DNA of 50,773 bases, the filler included, from Perkinsus olseni (Eukaryota), in assembly GCA_013115125.1 (NCBI GenBank). It is 2 parts of 2 records of this genome, joined end to end, with 100 filler letters (N's around TTAATTAATTAA, not from the genome) between each part and the next. Parts side by side here need not be neighbours in the genome. Positions count along the whole stretch, not along the records: positions 1 to 25,410 come from JABANN010000497.1; positions 25,511 to 50,773 come from JABANN010000498.1. The stretch is one strand, 5' to 3'. The position numbers and the translations under genes were made by a program. The notes beneath the pieces were generated by a model. It saw only the letters and a program-made list of their open reading frames with translations, was not told where the DNA came from and did not search any database. Positions 24,332 to 36,227 of the stretch are shown here, one piece after another; the stretch's first letter is position 1, and each line of letters starts with the position of its first letter.

Positions 24332-25410
24332 ACAACTTAGTGTATGAAGCAGGGGCTTCGGTGCCCCAGAACCAGTCGCTAGAAACCGTGCGCATTTGAA
24401 GACGCCGTAGCAACTCCAAAATGGCGCATGATCTAACGCATATTTCGGATGATGGTGCAATTATTGTCACGGGATGACAAATCATTACGACCTATGGGTG
24501 TGCAGTCAACCTGGTCGTACGAGCAGACATTTCAACACCTACGTCGCGGAAGTGACGTCGAATGACCTTGCTTAAATCAAGCTCGGAAAACCACGCTGCA
24601 ATCTTTCTTGGAGAAGGTCGCAGAACGCTAGTTTCTATCACTGAAAAGTGCACTGCTCTGCACCTTGCATTCCCTCACCTTGCAAATTTCCGCTCATCCG
24701 AGACAATATACTTCCAGCTCTTGAACTTATGACAGGATATCTCTAACCTCGACCGGAGCAGTGTAACTATGCAAGAGCAGCTCCAAGTCTGTTGCAGAAC
24801 CTCGCAGAAAATCGATGGAGAGCTTGAAGCGAGGGATGCTGACAGCATCCCTTCATAGAGAGTCTCAGCCCTGCCTAGGACTCTCGGTCGACCGAACACG
24901 GTGCTTAAAACATCGCGTTAGCCGTAGTGGATATTACCTAACTACTCCCGATGACTATTGAGGACACATTATCGGGCCGCCATATCGCGTCGACGCACCG
25001 GTAAGCCACGAAAACAACAGCGAGATCCAGTCCGTGGTGCTACGAACTGCAACGTGAAGTAGCACTGGTGTTTCGGCCGAGATTCTCGGAGAAGACCTTG
25101 AGTGAGATATTCTGCCTTAAGACCCTCAGAAACAGTACATCAGCAACTGATACCGGTTATTGGCGATAACCGGCGACAGTAACTAATTTTCTCCGAGTAA
25201 CTACGTTCCGCTGCAGTTCCTGCGCAGTGGCTGGTGAGAGTCTCACCGCGAGACTCTCTGCTCCATCACCCTGAGGCAGAACACTCTTCTCACTTGATGT
25301 AACACTTTAACCAAACGAGCCGATTGGCGCAAAATAATAACTCTTACTAAAAACAGGGCAATCGTGCAAGGGCATGGTGAACAGCGATCAACTCAACCAC
25401 AGATCATCAC

Positions 25411-25510
25411 NNNNNNNNNNNNNNNNNNNNNNNNNNNNNNNNNNNNNNNNNNNNTTAATTAATTAANNNNNNNNNNNNNNNNNNNNNNNNNNNNNNNNNN
25501 NNNNNNNNNN
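25411..25510. other. Assembly gap with an artificial TTAATTAATTAA linker
   Basis: 100 positions of N surrounding a six-frame stop linker at 25455-25466. Confidence 0.99.
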
Positions 25511-25799
25511 GAAAGCGGTTGAACATTTTTTCTTCTCAACAGCTCTGCTTCTGCTGCTACTACCACTACTGCTTCTCATCTCTCACGTCATTACCATTAC
25601 GCTTTCGTGACTCGTCTGGTTTATCCGTGAACCTTGCATGTCTCGTAGCCTACGCTCCTACTCATGTATTTCCTGGAGCTATGCACTCAGTATTCTCTCG
25701 CCGTTACACGTGATTGGCGTGGACGGCGGGAGGAGCCTCTATTCGTGGCGGTCTTTCCAACTCCGGAGGAGCAGCTGATAGTGTGCTCACGGTCTATGC

Positions 25800-25865
25800 A
25801 ACAACAACATTTACATTTACATTTACATTTACATTTACATTTACAATAACAACAACAATAACAAT
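25800..25865. repeat. (CATTTA)6 hexamer microsatellite flanked by (ACA)n
   Basis: Directly visible. Confidence 0.95.
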
Positions 25866-26377
25866 TGCGATTGCTCACCCCCAGTTGCCTCGTTCTCTGA
25901 GGCTCTCTGAGCTTTTCTTATGATTAGTGGATCATCATCATCATCACGGAACAGACAAGTCTCAGTACTTCTCTCAGTACCTCCCTGCCTATGTGTTTTC
26001 CGAGTGGGAATGGTAGTCGCATCGGGACAACAGAACTTGCCTGGGGGAGTTCTAAGGTGTGCCTCCGCGTACAAGAGAGCGGGCGGGTGTTAACCCGACC
26101 CGCGCGGGTGAATGTAACCAAGTTGGCACTGTCAAGCTCGAGAAACTGGTTTGCTCGCTGATACTGCACGAGATTGAAGTATACTGGTTGACACTGGATG
26201 GGATGAGACTGTACGGACTGGAGAAAACTAATTGGCACTGATCGAATTGTATTGCAATTCGTCAACAGGAATCTGTTTGAGTGGAAACTGTACGGAAGAG
26301 CCCTGTCCCTGGTACAGCGTACGAATATGCGCCCTACGGGATGCCACAGTTATGTTTACTGATCGGGGTTAATTTAC

Positions 26378-26399
26378 CCCGTCACTGACGAGTCGTCAG
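26378..26399. repeat. 22-bp 7+8+7 scar (target CTCGTCAG, 1 mismatch)
   Basis: CCCGTCA-CTGACGAG-TCGTCAG. Confidence 0.8.
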
Positions 26400-26608
26400 T
26401 AACAGTATGATGTTGTGTCTTCCGCAGCCAGCGGCGGCCTTTCCTTGACATTGAGATGATATAAGATTGACATCCTCTCATCTTCGAGTTTGACTGCGAC
26501 AACTCAAGTTGAGTTGATTCATCCAACAACACCACATCCTATCAACATGACATCTTCTTCAGCTATGGCTGTGTGAGGCGATGATCGCCTCCCAGCGGGA
26601 GGCTCCCG

Positions 26609-27643
26609 CTAAATCAGGGATGGTGCGTACTCTCGACGAGCAGCGGTATCAGCTAGAAGTGCTAGATTAGTGGACTCCCGCACCAGATAGACCTTCGTCT
26701 CCGTCGCATCATCCTTTTCGTATATAAGTGATATCAAGTCCTTGCTTTCCGCACATATCCTGGCTGGAACCTTCGATTGATCTTGCGAGGCTGGGATGGG
26801 CGACGCATCGGACTGAAGCCGATCTGAACCATGACGCTCCCCTAAAGTGTAGCAATCTCTGTAGCTTCTCGCGTAAGTGTGCTCATCGACATCACCGCCG
26901 CGGCTGACTTTGGCCGCAACATAGTTCGTTAGTTCGAAACCACGGACGGTGGACCGCCCCTCTATTCTATGGTCGAATACAATAGCGGCAGTCTGTTCCC
27001 CAACATCTGTCCCTGAGATTTCGACCTCCATACAGGGATGATCATCAGACTCAGTATCATCTTCGTTGGGCCATCTGAGATATTTCCCAGGTGTAATTAC
27101 CACCGGGAGTACTGTATCCGGGTCGGTTAGGATCAATTTGATCTTAGTGAACTCACCGGATTTCAAGCGCAGCTTGACACTTGCCGAACCTTCTTCAGTG
27201 CCAGGACATATTGAAAAATGTTTTTGGTCGAACATGCCGAGATGCGGGAATCGTGTCGATACATACGTTAAAAACTCTCTCGGTACTAGATTTACGAACG
27301 GGCGTTTCCTGCGCAGGGCATAGCATTGGCTGTCTGATTCTCCCGAAGCTCTACTTCCTTCACCAGGCTCAACAGGCATGCTTATGGGGGCCAAGTGGTA
27401 GTTGCTGACGAACAAAACTTGCCCGTCATAGTCTTCAAATCTGAGGTCGACTTGAATGCCGATCTTTGGCGCCTTCACCATAATCATAAACCCTGCAAGG
27501 GTGGGTATCTCAGCACAAGTCCCGAGCATCCTGTAGAACCCCAATTGTAGAGGCACAGTCGAAGGAAGGCGACGAGGAGCGATAGTAGCGCCGACGACGT
27601 TGCTGATGGTCATGACCGCGGCGATCGTCGTGGCAGAGACCAT
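26609..27643 (-). CDS. Intronless hypothetical secreted protein (~344 aa)
   Basis: Longest ORF in the window. ATG at 27643 gives the signal-like MVSATTIAAVMTISNVVGA. The two halves begin similarly (LQLGFYR / ITPGKYL). No family recognised. Confidence 0.8.
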   Translation of the reverse strand: MVSATTIAAVMTISNVVGATIAPRRLPSTVPLQLGFYRMLGTCAEIPTLAGFMIMVKAPKIGIQVDLRFEDYDGQVLFVSNYHLAPISMPVEPGEGSRASGESDSQCYALRRKRPFVNLVPREFLTYVSTRFPHLGMFDQKHFSICPGTEEGSASVKLRLKSGEFTKIKLILTDPDTVLPVVITPGKYLRWPNEDDTESDDHPCMEVEISGTDVGEQTAAIVFDHRIEGRSTVRGFELTNYVAAKVSRGGDVDEHTYARSYRDCYTLGERHGSDRLQSDASPIPASQDQSKVPARICAESKDLISLIYEKDDATETKVYLVRESTNLALLADTAARREYAPSLI

Positions 27644-28956
27644 CTTTACACGCAAGCTAACAACTAACACTCGCCCGATTGCGGTGAAACTGTAAGATTC
27701 CCGAGCAACACTTGCACACAACCCCTGTCCCCGAGTTCGATACTTGCGAGCTGCTCTATCGTACAACTAACTCAGGGACTCGATTTCAAACGCCCCTTTA
27801 CGTTTAATGATAAACTCGGGAACGGGTTTTAAGATTCAGAACACGGGCTGGCTGAATCACGAGGTCTAAGGTGTGATTCTTCTGCGCTAAAGAGCCCCCA
27901 AAAGATTCAAATATGCCGGTATATTTGTGGACTAACTGAGCCCCGCCCTACAGCGAAAAAGGTAGCAATTCGCTACCTTGGGAAAAGAGAGGGTCCGATT
28001 TTCAGTTCCTTCACGGAAGGAACTAACGGTTCACGGAAGTTACAAGATTCGGCCGGAAAATTCGATTCGAGCGGACAGGAGTCCCGTGGGCGAGCGCAAC
28101 CTATAAGCATCTGCTGATGTAACTGTAAGGTTATATATAGCCTATATAATATAGGGGAAATTTGCCCAAACCTTATTAACCAGCTCGAGGACCAGACTGT
28201 ATACGGATACCAGGTGCTAGTACGGTCGGAACACGTACCAAGCAATAGATATACGATTGTAGATTGTAATGATTTCTACATAAACTATGGCGTTGGGTTA
28301 TTCAATAGCTTACCTTGGGGCACGCTTTGCGATACCTTCGGTCGGCGTCTATCCGTACACAAAAGGGGACAGGATTACGTGCGGTCGGTATGCGTGCCAT
28401 TATAGCTGTGCCTCGCGTGGCGAGGCGGTGGTTAGCCTCTTGAATAGCTCTATAGCTATTGGGCTATTGAGCTCAACCTCTTGAACCTCTATAGCTCTTG
28501 AGCTCTTATAGCTCGCCTCTTGAGTTCTCCCGGCAGTGGTCTTAATAAAGCGGACGCCTCGCTGCATTCGCATGCGAGTACTTCCGAGAGTACACATTAG
28601 TCCATGAAGTCCACAAGCGTGATAAAGCTTCAAAACGACAATATATGGGCTGTGAAGATACAAAACCCGAGTAGGGTCGTCTGCAGCGCAATCCAGAATC
28701 TGAAATTTCGGATTATAGGACATGAGATCTGATCTCATGCCGTAGTATCACCAACGCCTTACCTCAGCTCAATAATGTCTCTCGTTGGAACAAAATAGGG
28801 TATCCCCAACATTGTGGTCCAATCACTCACTACGGGCTTAAGAGCGTACTAGTAAGGCGCGAACTGTAGAGAGAGTACAAGGAAGTATAGGAAGGAGCTC
28901 GTCAGAGCAACACAACGATACAGCAAATACAGACAGGCGACGATGATCAGTCTGAT

Positions 28957-29505
28957 CATGCTGGGCACTTTCCGCTCCGGTTCCGCTCCGGGTGCTAATT
29001 CCGTTCCGGTTTAGCCGGAACGGAACCTCGCTCGGTCAGGGAAGTCCGTTTCCGGCTTCCGGGTTCCTTCCGTATTCCGTATGTATTCCGGTTCGAGTTT
29101 TAGCTCGTGCTACAGTCAGGGGTGAGTGAGAGATTCTCTTATCGTGAGGGAGTTGGAAGGCCAAAACAGGTTCCTATTGCGTATTTTCAGAGAAAAAATT
29201 CAGTCCACTGACGTATCACGCTGCGGAATTATCTTCTACCTCGAGCTATCGGAGTTTGTGACATCTCGAGTATTCAGCTCTGTGGACTGACAACCAGCTA
29301 CACTTGTACTGCTCCGCAATGGAGGCTCCATTGATCTCCAGACCTGGGAAAAGCTCGAAAATCCTCGCACATGCCCGGAATACTCGCCGGAAGATACCCA
29401 CTCTGGGTGACCCGGAAAACATCCCGGAGCGGAACGGAAAACCGGACTCCGGCTAAAACGGAACGGAAACGGAATCGTCTGTTTTTTTCAACCGTGCCCA
29501 CCATC
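28957..29505. mobile_element. Non-autonomous hAT-like MITE
   Basis: Ends CATGCTGGGCAC ... GTGCCCACCATC (10/12 inverted match). TTCCG repeats cluster at the left end and CGGAA repeats at the right end. No clean TSD. Confidence 0.7.
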
Positions 29506-29667
29506 ATGATCTTCGCAGCTTACCTGTTCGCACTGGTGAGTAGACCGCTCATTGTCAAAGCCAAGTTGAAAGTCGCCACGCGGTGCTGCGCTTTCTTGGA
29601 CGATAAATTGTCAAGAAACACACGCGATTCATGAACACAAGTGTATTCTGTGGAGGAATTGGCACAG

Positions 29668-32600
29668 ATGGCACTATTGTCCGCCTTCCTCGGCGACCCC
29701 ACCTCAACCCGATCGACGACTATGAGGAGTCGGGACCTTCGGGGGAAGACATACATATACTACGCAACACCGAAGATCATGGCCTCACCGTTTGCGCGGT
29801 AAGACCTCTGAAACGGTTAGATACGTGGCGTGCGCTACTCAAGATGCTCTGATATATTGCCCTTGCCAGGGATCGAACCGGGGACCACGTTGAGACAAGA
29901 TTGATGCTTGTATCTTTCGCGCTTATTTCATCTTTGGAGTTTTGTTATGCCAGTTAGCGAGTTCAAACGATCCAATCATTCTGCACTCCGTCCAAATGTT
30001 GTGAAGCCCAGCGTGGGGGGGGCACTCAAGAGCAGTTAATAACGCGAAAGTAGCATAAAATTTGATCTGCTCTGGGTGCCTGGCCTAGTGAGCCGTTCGC
30101 AATTCTCTACAGGTGAAACCTATCAGATAACATCGTTCAGGAGCTCCAGTCATTAACACTGGCGAACCCTGCTTGGCCTCTTAAGCGTCAACCCCTCTTA
30201 TTTTTTCATTGCCAGTTGTCATTTCTTTCATTCATGTTTTATCGTCCCCGGATCTATGCAATAGAGAACCTCGCTCGGGCATTAAACGACAGGAACGAGC
30301 CCTGCATCCCGAGGAAGAAGCTCTCATACGGTAAGAAGTGATGGTCGAGTGGGTTGCCGCTTGTGCGCTCTACCGGGAGGTCGTGGGTTCGGGTATCAGT
30401 ATATAGTTTTCGATTCACTCTCCGAAATTGTACCAGTGATAATAGGTGGTCCTCCCAATCGTTCGGGTACAGTCCCTGCAGAGCTCCCTGCCAGGGAGTC
30501 CCTGGTCGTCTATCCCACTTGGCTTCATTATAGTCATTAACTGCGTCCGTGTACTCATAGAGAATATCGATCATGAATAATTCCAACTCATTTCATGACA
30601 TCTGGGAGCCACTGTCGTGCCATCATTGTTTTCGTGGATCGTATTTTTTCTCGGCATTGTCAGCTCTCCTTTTCCGTGTTGCAAAGCTTTCTACGAAAAT
30701 GAGGGCGCCAACGGACGGTGTAGATTCTGACTCAATCGGATATGAGCTCCAGGGGACTACGCGACAGCCTCTCGCGATTCTGCCTTCGAATTAGGATTCC
30801 GGCTTCTGAGTAACATGCCGTGCGTGCGTGCAGCAACGCTCTGTTCGGCAGATTTTGGATTGTTTGCTTATGAACAGGCACACCATCATCAACATCATCA
30901 CCGCCGGGGCTGCATCGGGAAGAGACGTTCCTTACTCAACCTTCCCCAGTCCTCCCGAGCAGCAACAGGTAGTAGGATCAGCGGCATGGTTTTCGGAGGG
31001 AGGGCTTGTCCGAGATTTCGTCAAATGCGCTACTCTCCTTCAGAGACTACGTACTCCAGCCACAGTATTCAGCATCGTGGCAAGAGGAAAAAAGTAATAC
31101 CACTCCTTCCTCAACTCATGTCGGTCTTATGACGTAATCTGCTCACGGAAGTGGGTATCCGTGTTACTTGTTGTGGGCCCTGAATCAGCGATGCGGTTAT
31201 GAACTCTGAGAATACTCGCTTCAACCTTTCCGTAGGAGAGAGCATTGCGGGTGATGGCCATCTCGGTCAACACTGTGTTTTCCTCTGGGCATTCCAATGA
31301 GCCTACCTGGGCCGCGTATCTTAGGGTTACCCGTGCTAGATACGAGATAGCTCAAGTTTGTGATCTTTTCAGGAGAGGCTAGTCCTCTTTCTTCCGATCG
31401 GAATCTATTTGAAGGAGTTAGTCCAAGTATTCTGCAACTAATTCGGAAGGCCGCGGATAAGTACCCGCTGGACATGGTAGTAGCATCGGGCGAGCGCGCT
31501 TTGCGCTGAGATTACTCGTAACATCGATTCATAACCTCTCTTACGTTGGGTCTGTGATGGGGTGGGTAGATTTAGGTCCCCGGTTCGATCCCTAGGCTCG
31601 CCGTTTCGCAAGTGGAAGTGTTCATAACTTCGAATTTCTGACGATATACCCATTTCGGGATGGCTCGAGGAAGGGTTGACTCCGTTCAAATTTCTGGAAA
31701 GTTCGAAAGTTGTGGTATAGACGCTTGTTAACGGCAGAAGTGGGAATGCGATATTCATCGTCCGAAGAATAGTCAAATGATTCGCGTCATCAGTTAATCT
31801 TAGTTATATCGCATTGTCCAATCTTGAAATCTTGCGTTTCCTCAACTTTTCCCTCAGGAGTTCTGGCGGAAGTACAAGTCGGTACCGGCGATGGCCAACG
31901 TTCGAGACAAAGCTTCAATTCTGGAGATTCTCGAAAATTTTGCGATGATTCATAGAAAGCACATCTACCTCTTCCAGCGGCTCAAACACACTATAGTTGC
32001 CGGAATGGATAGCTGGACTGCTCCTGAGCTCGCTAAGTAAGCTAACCTGTTTCGTATCTTACATGGTTCAAGCTTGGATACTTGATTCGTATCTCAGAGT
32101 GTGTGCATCCTGGGCCCAGCTTGGGTTCTTAACCGATCGATTCACTGAGGAGATATCGGATCGCGTCGTGAAGACAATCAACTTGTGTGACGCGGAAGCC
32201 CTAGCGAGGTAAGCTGCGAATCATCGTCAACCGTTCATATCAGTTCATCAGACTACTGGATGCCTACGCTTCGACGAGGACGAGGCATTTGCGAGCCCCA
32301 CTGAAGGCATTGGCCGAGACCAGTCTCAGGAGGATTGATGATTTCACACCGCAGCAGCTGTGTCTACATTGCTCTAGTTTTGCACGGTAATGGTGATTTC
32401 GGGCGGCTGATTTTATACCAAAATTTCCGTAATGATTTCAGTAACGCCCGACTCGGAGAGGTCAGCGTCTTCTTTAGTCGAAAAATTGTGTTGGTTGAAT
32501 GAATTGAAATTATATCAGACTTCCGAGGAAAGTTGATCGAAAGACGGAAAATTCATTTTCGTTTCCCGCGGTGCTTCATTCTTTTTCGTGAGTAGAGTTT

Positions 32601-35600
32601 CTGGTAGAATTTCGAGAAATTTTCTTTGTTCTCCGAAAATTGAAGCACATGTTTGCTGATTCGAAGCGCGTGAGCTTTCCCTCCTAAGGGAGAACCATCT
32701 CTCTGTAGCGATAAGTTGGGGAAAATTTGGTATAGCGGAGAGATAAAAATATTGACGATTCATTCCTCAGACTAAACTTGGCGTACGAGCCGATTTTCGG
32801 TGCAATCGCCGATAGGCTCGGAAAAGCGGGAGATGAAGCGTTGAATATCATAGCTTTGGTAGTAGTAGTGCTGGGGCGGTCTGTAATCGATCACGCGATC
32901 GATTTGGACTTTCCTCAGGCCCCAGAGGACAGCGATCCCTTAGCAGTGTTGTCAATGACCGACCCAGGGGCGGTGTACAGCGCCAGAGACGTGGCTTTGG
33001 CTGCGTATTCGTTTGGCAAGTTGGAAGGCGTTGATGCCACCCAACAGACCCCTATCGTCATGTCCACTACCGGAGGCCATCGGAATGACATCTCGGCGAA
33101 GGCTTTCGATGCATTAGCGGTGCTGGCTACACGTAGGTCGAAGTTGGCTTGCCGCTACAGCCGTCTCATAGCCTTCGATAAGCGTGACTGATACGTGCAG
33201 GTTGGTTGTATTGATTAGAACGTGGATTTATAGGAATTGGTGAATTTACGGTATGAAATTACGGAAGATTCGGGAGAAATTTCAGCTTTGAATGCACGAC
33301 TGAGACTCATCAAACTCACAGTTCCGAGGATTGGAAGGATGTAGGAGACGATGAGGGGATTAGACCGACAATGACTGATACTATTATCACTCTGAGGACG
33401 GGTGCGAGCACCCCATACCACCCCTCACGTTACTCTGGGAAGAGCTCAGTTGCACCATCGACGCCGCAGCAGCGCCGCTTCACTTCGGACGATCCTCCGT
33501 CGAATTCGCGCCGGTCCGATGATAGTCTCTTTACTATGCAACCGTACTCGTCTGCTCGGCCGTTGTGATTAGTTCCAAGATTGCTTTGGTTCTCTCGTAA
33601 GAATACGAAGAGTGAGTTTAGCTGCTTCATGCGTTGATTTTTACTCTGAAGGTTCACGTAGTGAACTTCACGGTAGAATTGGTATTTTATTAAACTCTTG
33701 GTTTCTCTCTGTTTTTAGTTGTCCTTCGTGACTGCACTGCACGGGAGCTGCAGATGCTAGCAACCGGATTCGACAGACACCGCCACCACACGCCGGTTGA
33801 GGAGAGGAAACCGTTCGATTCTGATCTGTTGAGGGCGATGGGAGCGCAGGCTAAGAGACGGATCGCCCAGTTCTCGGCGGAGAGTCTGGTAGTACCGCTG
33901 GGAGAGTATTTTTGTGGCGCGTGACGTTTTGTTGGCGGTGCGAGGTTCAAATACATCCCGTTGTCGGATCGGTTAGATCATTTGAAATTGATGTTTTGAC
34001 TTTTGCCGTAAATTTTCTATACTTCTCCGAAGAGGAGAACTTCCAGAATCGCTGAGTTTTCATCATATTGGACTGTCGTCGAGAGATACTCTCTGTAGCA
34101 TATCCCCAGCGCCGTAACGTCCGTATCGTGTCTACTGGTTGGCTTATTTTCCCAATCTGCGTCCAGGTTCTCTTCCTGCGGTCCTTCTCGAATCTGTGTT
34201 CGAACTCGCCCGATCGAGACGAGCTTATGGACCTGCTCCTGTCGAGGGTATCTTCTCATCTGCCTCGAGCCGTGTCGACCTTCAAGGTCCTTGATTTGAT
34301 TACTACACTGCAAGTCTACGCAAGGAGAGGTAGTACCAACTTTTCACCAAATCTGCAGACGGTATTCTTCTTCGCTACTTCCGCGGATTCCTTCGTAGTT
34401 AATATTTTCTGACGTTTGTTGTTTAATTGGCAACTTCACTAAACAACTTCAAGAAAATACCACTCGACCGTTAGTAAATCAAATGTATACGTTACGAGAG
34501 CTTCGTGGGCTCGAACTAAGGCCGCTGTGCTCGCCGAGGAGAACGAGTTTTGGAGGAAGAGACTTTCGCTCCGCTGACGGTCTTGCCGGATTTTCTATGG
34601 TCGAAAGTCTTGTGATATCCTCCAAAAATCGCGATGGATTTCCCCCGGTCGTCAGCGGGAAAATCAGCAGCGCGGGCGTTTTCGAATCCTTTGGTGAATC
34701 TGTGCGCGGCCTTTGAACTTTCACGAGGCGATTCTTCATTTTTGTACAGGCGAGAAGCATTCAGAAGTAGCTGGGCTGCTTGCGGACTCTGTGCTGGCCA
34801 AAAAGTCTGAGCTAACTCCCTCCGACTGGGTGTCGGTGATAGATTGCATAGCAGCTATGAAGGGACCCTTGCCGATCGTGATGAAAGCGGCGCGGGAGAG
34901 TGGCACAGGTGGACTCATAGGTGAGAGGGGTGGCGCTCGGAGTATCGGGAAGTGTGGTACTCACCTATAACAATAATTCTTCACATGCTGGTTCATTGAT
35001 CAGTCTCAGCATCTTCACAGTAGAGTTATTCGCTTTGGTGTGGGGTTGAATATGATGTTGCTTCTCAATTTTTTTCCAATCCGATGAAGACGAAGTACTC
35101 GACTCCCGAATCATCCTGTCTTGCTCGACTTTTCGGTACACCCCCTCGTGAACAATACACGATATCTGCAACGTACATACATTGTTTCTCCTAGAAGTTT
35201 TAGTTTGTATTTGACAGAAGTGTCTTTTGGCAGGTAAGTTGAAGACGCCGCAGTTGGCGTCGGTCGTCAGCGCTTGCTGCGAGAGTGGTTACTACCAAGT
35301 TGATGATTTATTACCGTTTATAATGGAGCTCAAGTCACGGTAGTAGTTTCAGCAGGCGGAGCGAAGCGTTGCATCTTTCGACATTTTCAGGACTCTTCAC
35401 ATACCTCACGCCAACGCTATCGATGCAGACACAGCTGCACGAATTTTCATCGTACTTTGCAAGATGGAGTTCCCGAACTTTTTGGCTGGCAACGGCGGGG
35501 CCCTCGAGGGGCACTCGAAATTACTGTCGCTGGAAAACTCCCTCGGGCTTTTGGCATGGCTGATGCCGAGACTGACGAGCCCGAGTGGCACTGGCAGACC

Positions 35601-36227
35601 GTCTTCGAGGCTGGCAGGACAGGTAGGAGTGGGAGGAGCGGCTATTCGGTGGAGTTTTTTTGTTAAACTTTTTCATTGTACGGGATCGATTGTTTTTGAT
35701 CCAGCTGTGGTTGGGAACTTGGCAAGAATAGGTGGTGTCAGGTATTGGAGTGCCTCGCTGAGATGGATGATGCAGATTTCAGGCAAGCTGCAGGAGGGAA
35801 GGAAGAAGTAGGCTGGTGGGGGAAGGAGTGCGTTTTGAATGCGCGAGGCCGTTGGTTCGAGGCGTTGTAGCGGTTTTTTATTCTTAACCAATTTCTCCAG
35901 GTAACGTGTCTTGCTGGAGAGATGCTCACTGCTGTGCGGGCGAAGTCTGCTGACACCAGAAAAGGCGGAGCGAAGCGATTCACGAATGCTGATTATTTCG
36001 CCACCGACAGCTTGCCCTCTTCCCTTGCTGAGGATCCATCGGTAGACTCAGAGCCTGATGGTGATGATGATACTAATGGCGAGGAAACTCGAAGGCAAAA
36101 GGCCGAGGAGTTGTACATGAGGATTGTGCATGGCGGGGAGCATCCCGCTAGGAAGTACACGGCTACCATCCCTGATGAGGTCCTCATGCGGGACTTGTCG
36201 GAGAGGCCCAGCCCCTTCTGGATCTAA
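29668..36227 (+). CDS. Long multi-exon helical-repeat protein (RAP/FASTK/OPR/HPR-like RNA-binding protein candidate)
   Basis: Exons carry repeated amphipathic units: IDDFTPQQLCLHCSSFARLNLAYEPIFGAIADRL, YSARDVALAAYSFGKL, CTARELQMLATGF, IAQFSAESLV, VSTFKVLDLITTLQVYARRG, KSELTPSDWVSVIDCIAAM, LKTPQLASVVSACCESGY. It ends PSPFWI-TAA at 36227. The 5' end is uncertain and this could be more than one gene. Confidence 0.6.

Noticed and set aside
25411-25510. TTAATTAATTAA palindrome within the N run
   Set aside because: Artificial scaffold linker. True adjacency and distance across the gap are not guaranteed.
30254-30586. 110-aa minus-strand ORF
   Set aside because: No recognisable motif. It overlaps probable plus-strand exons of the helical-repeat gene and is likely an antisense shadow.
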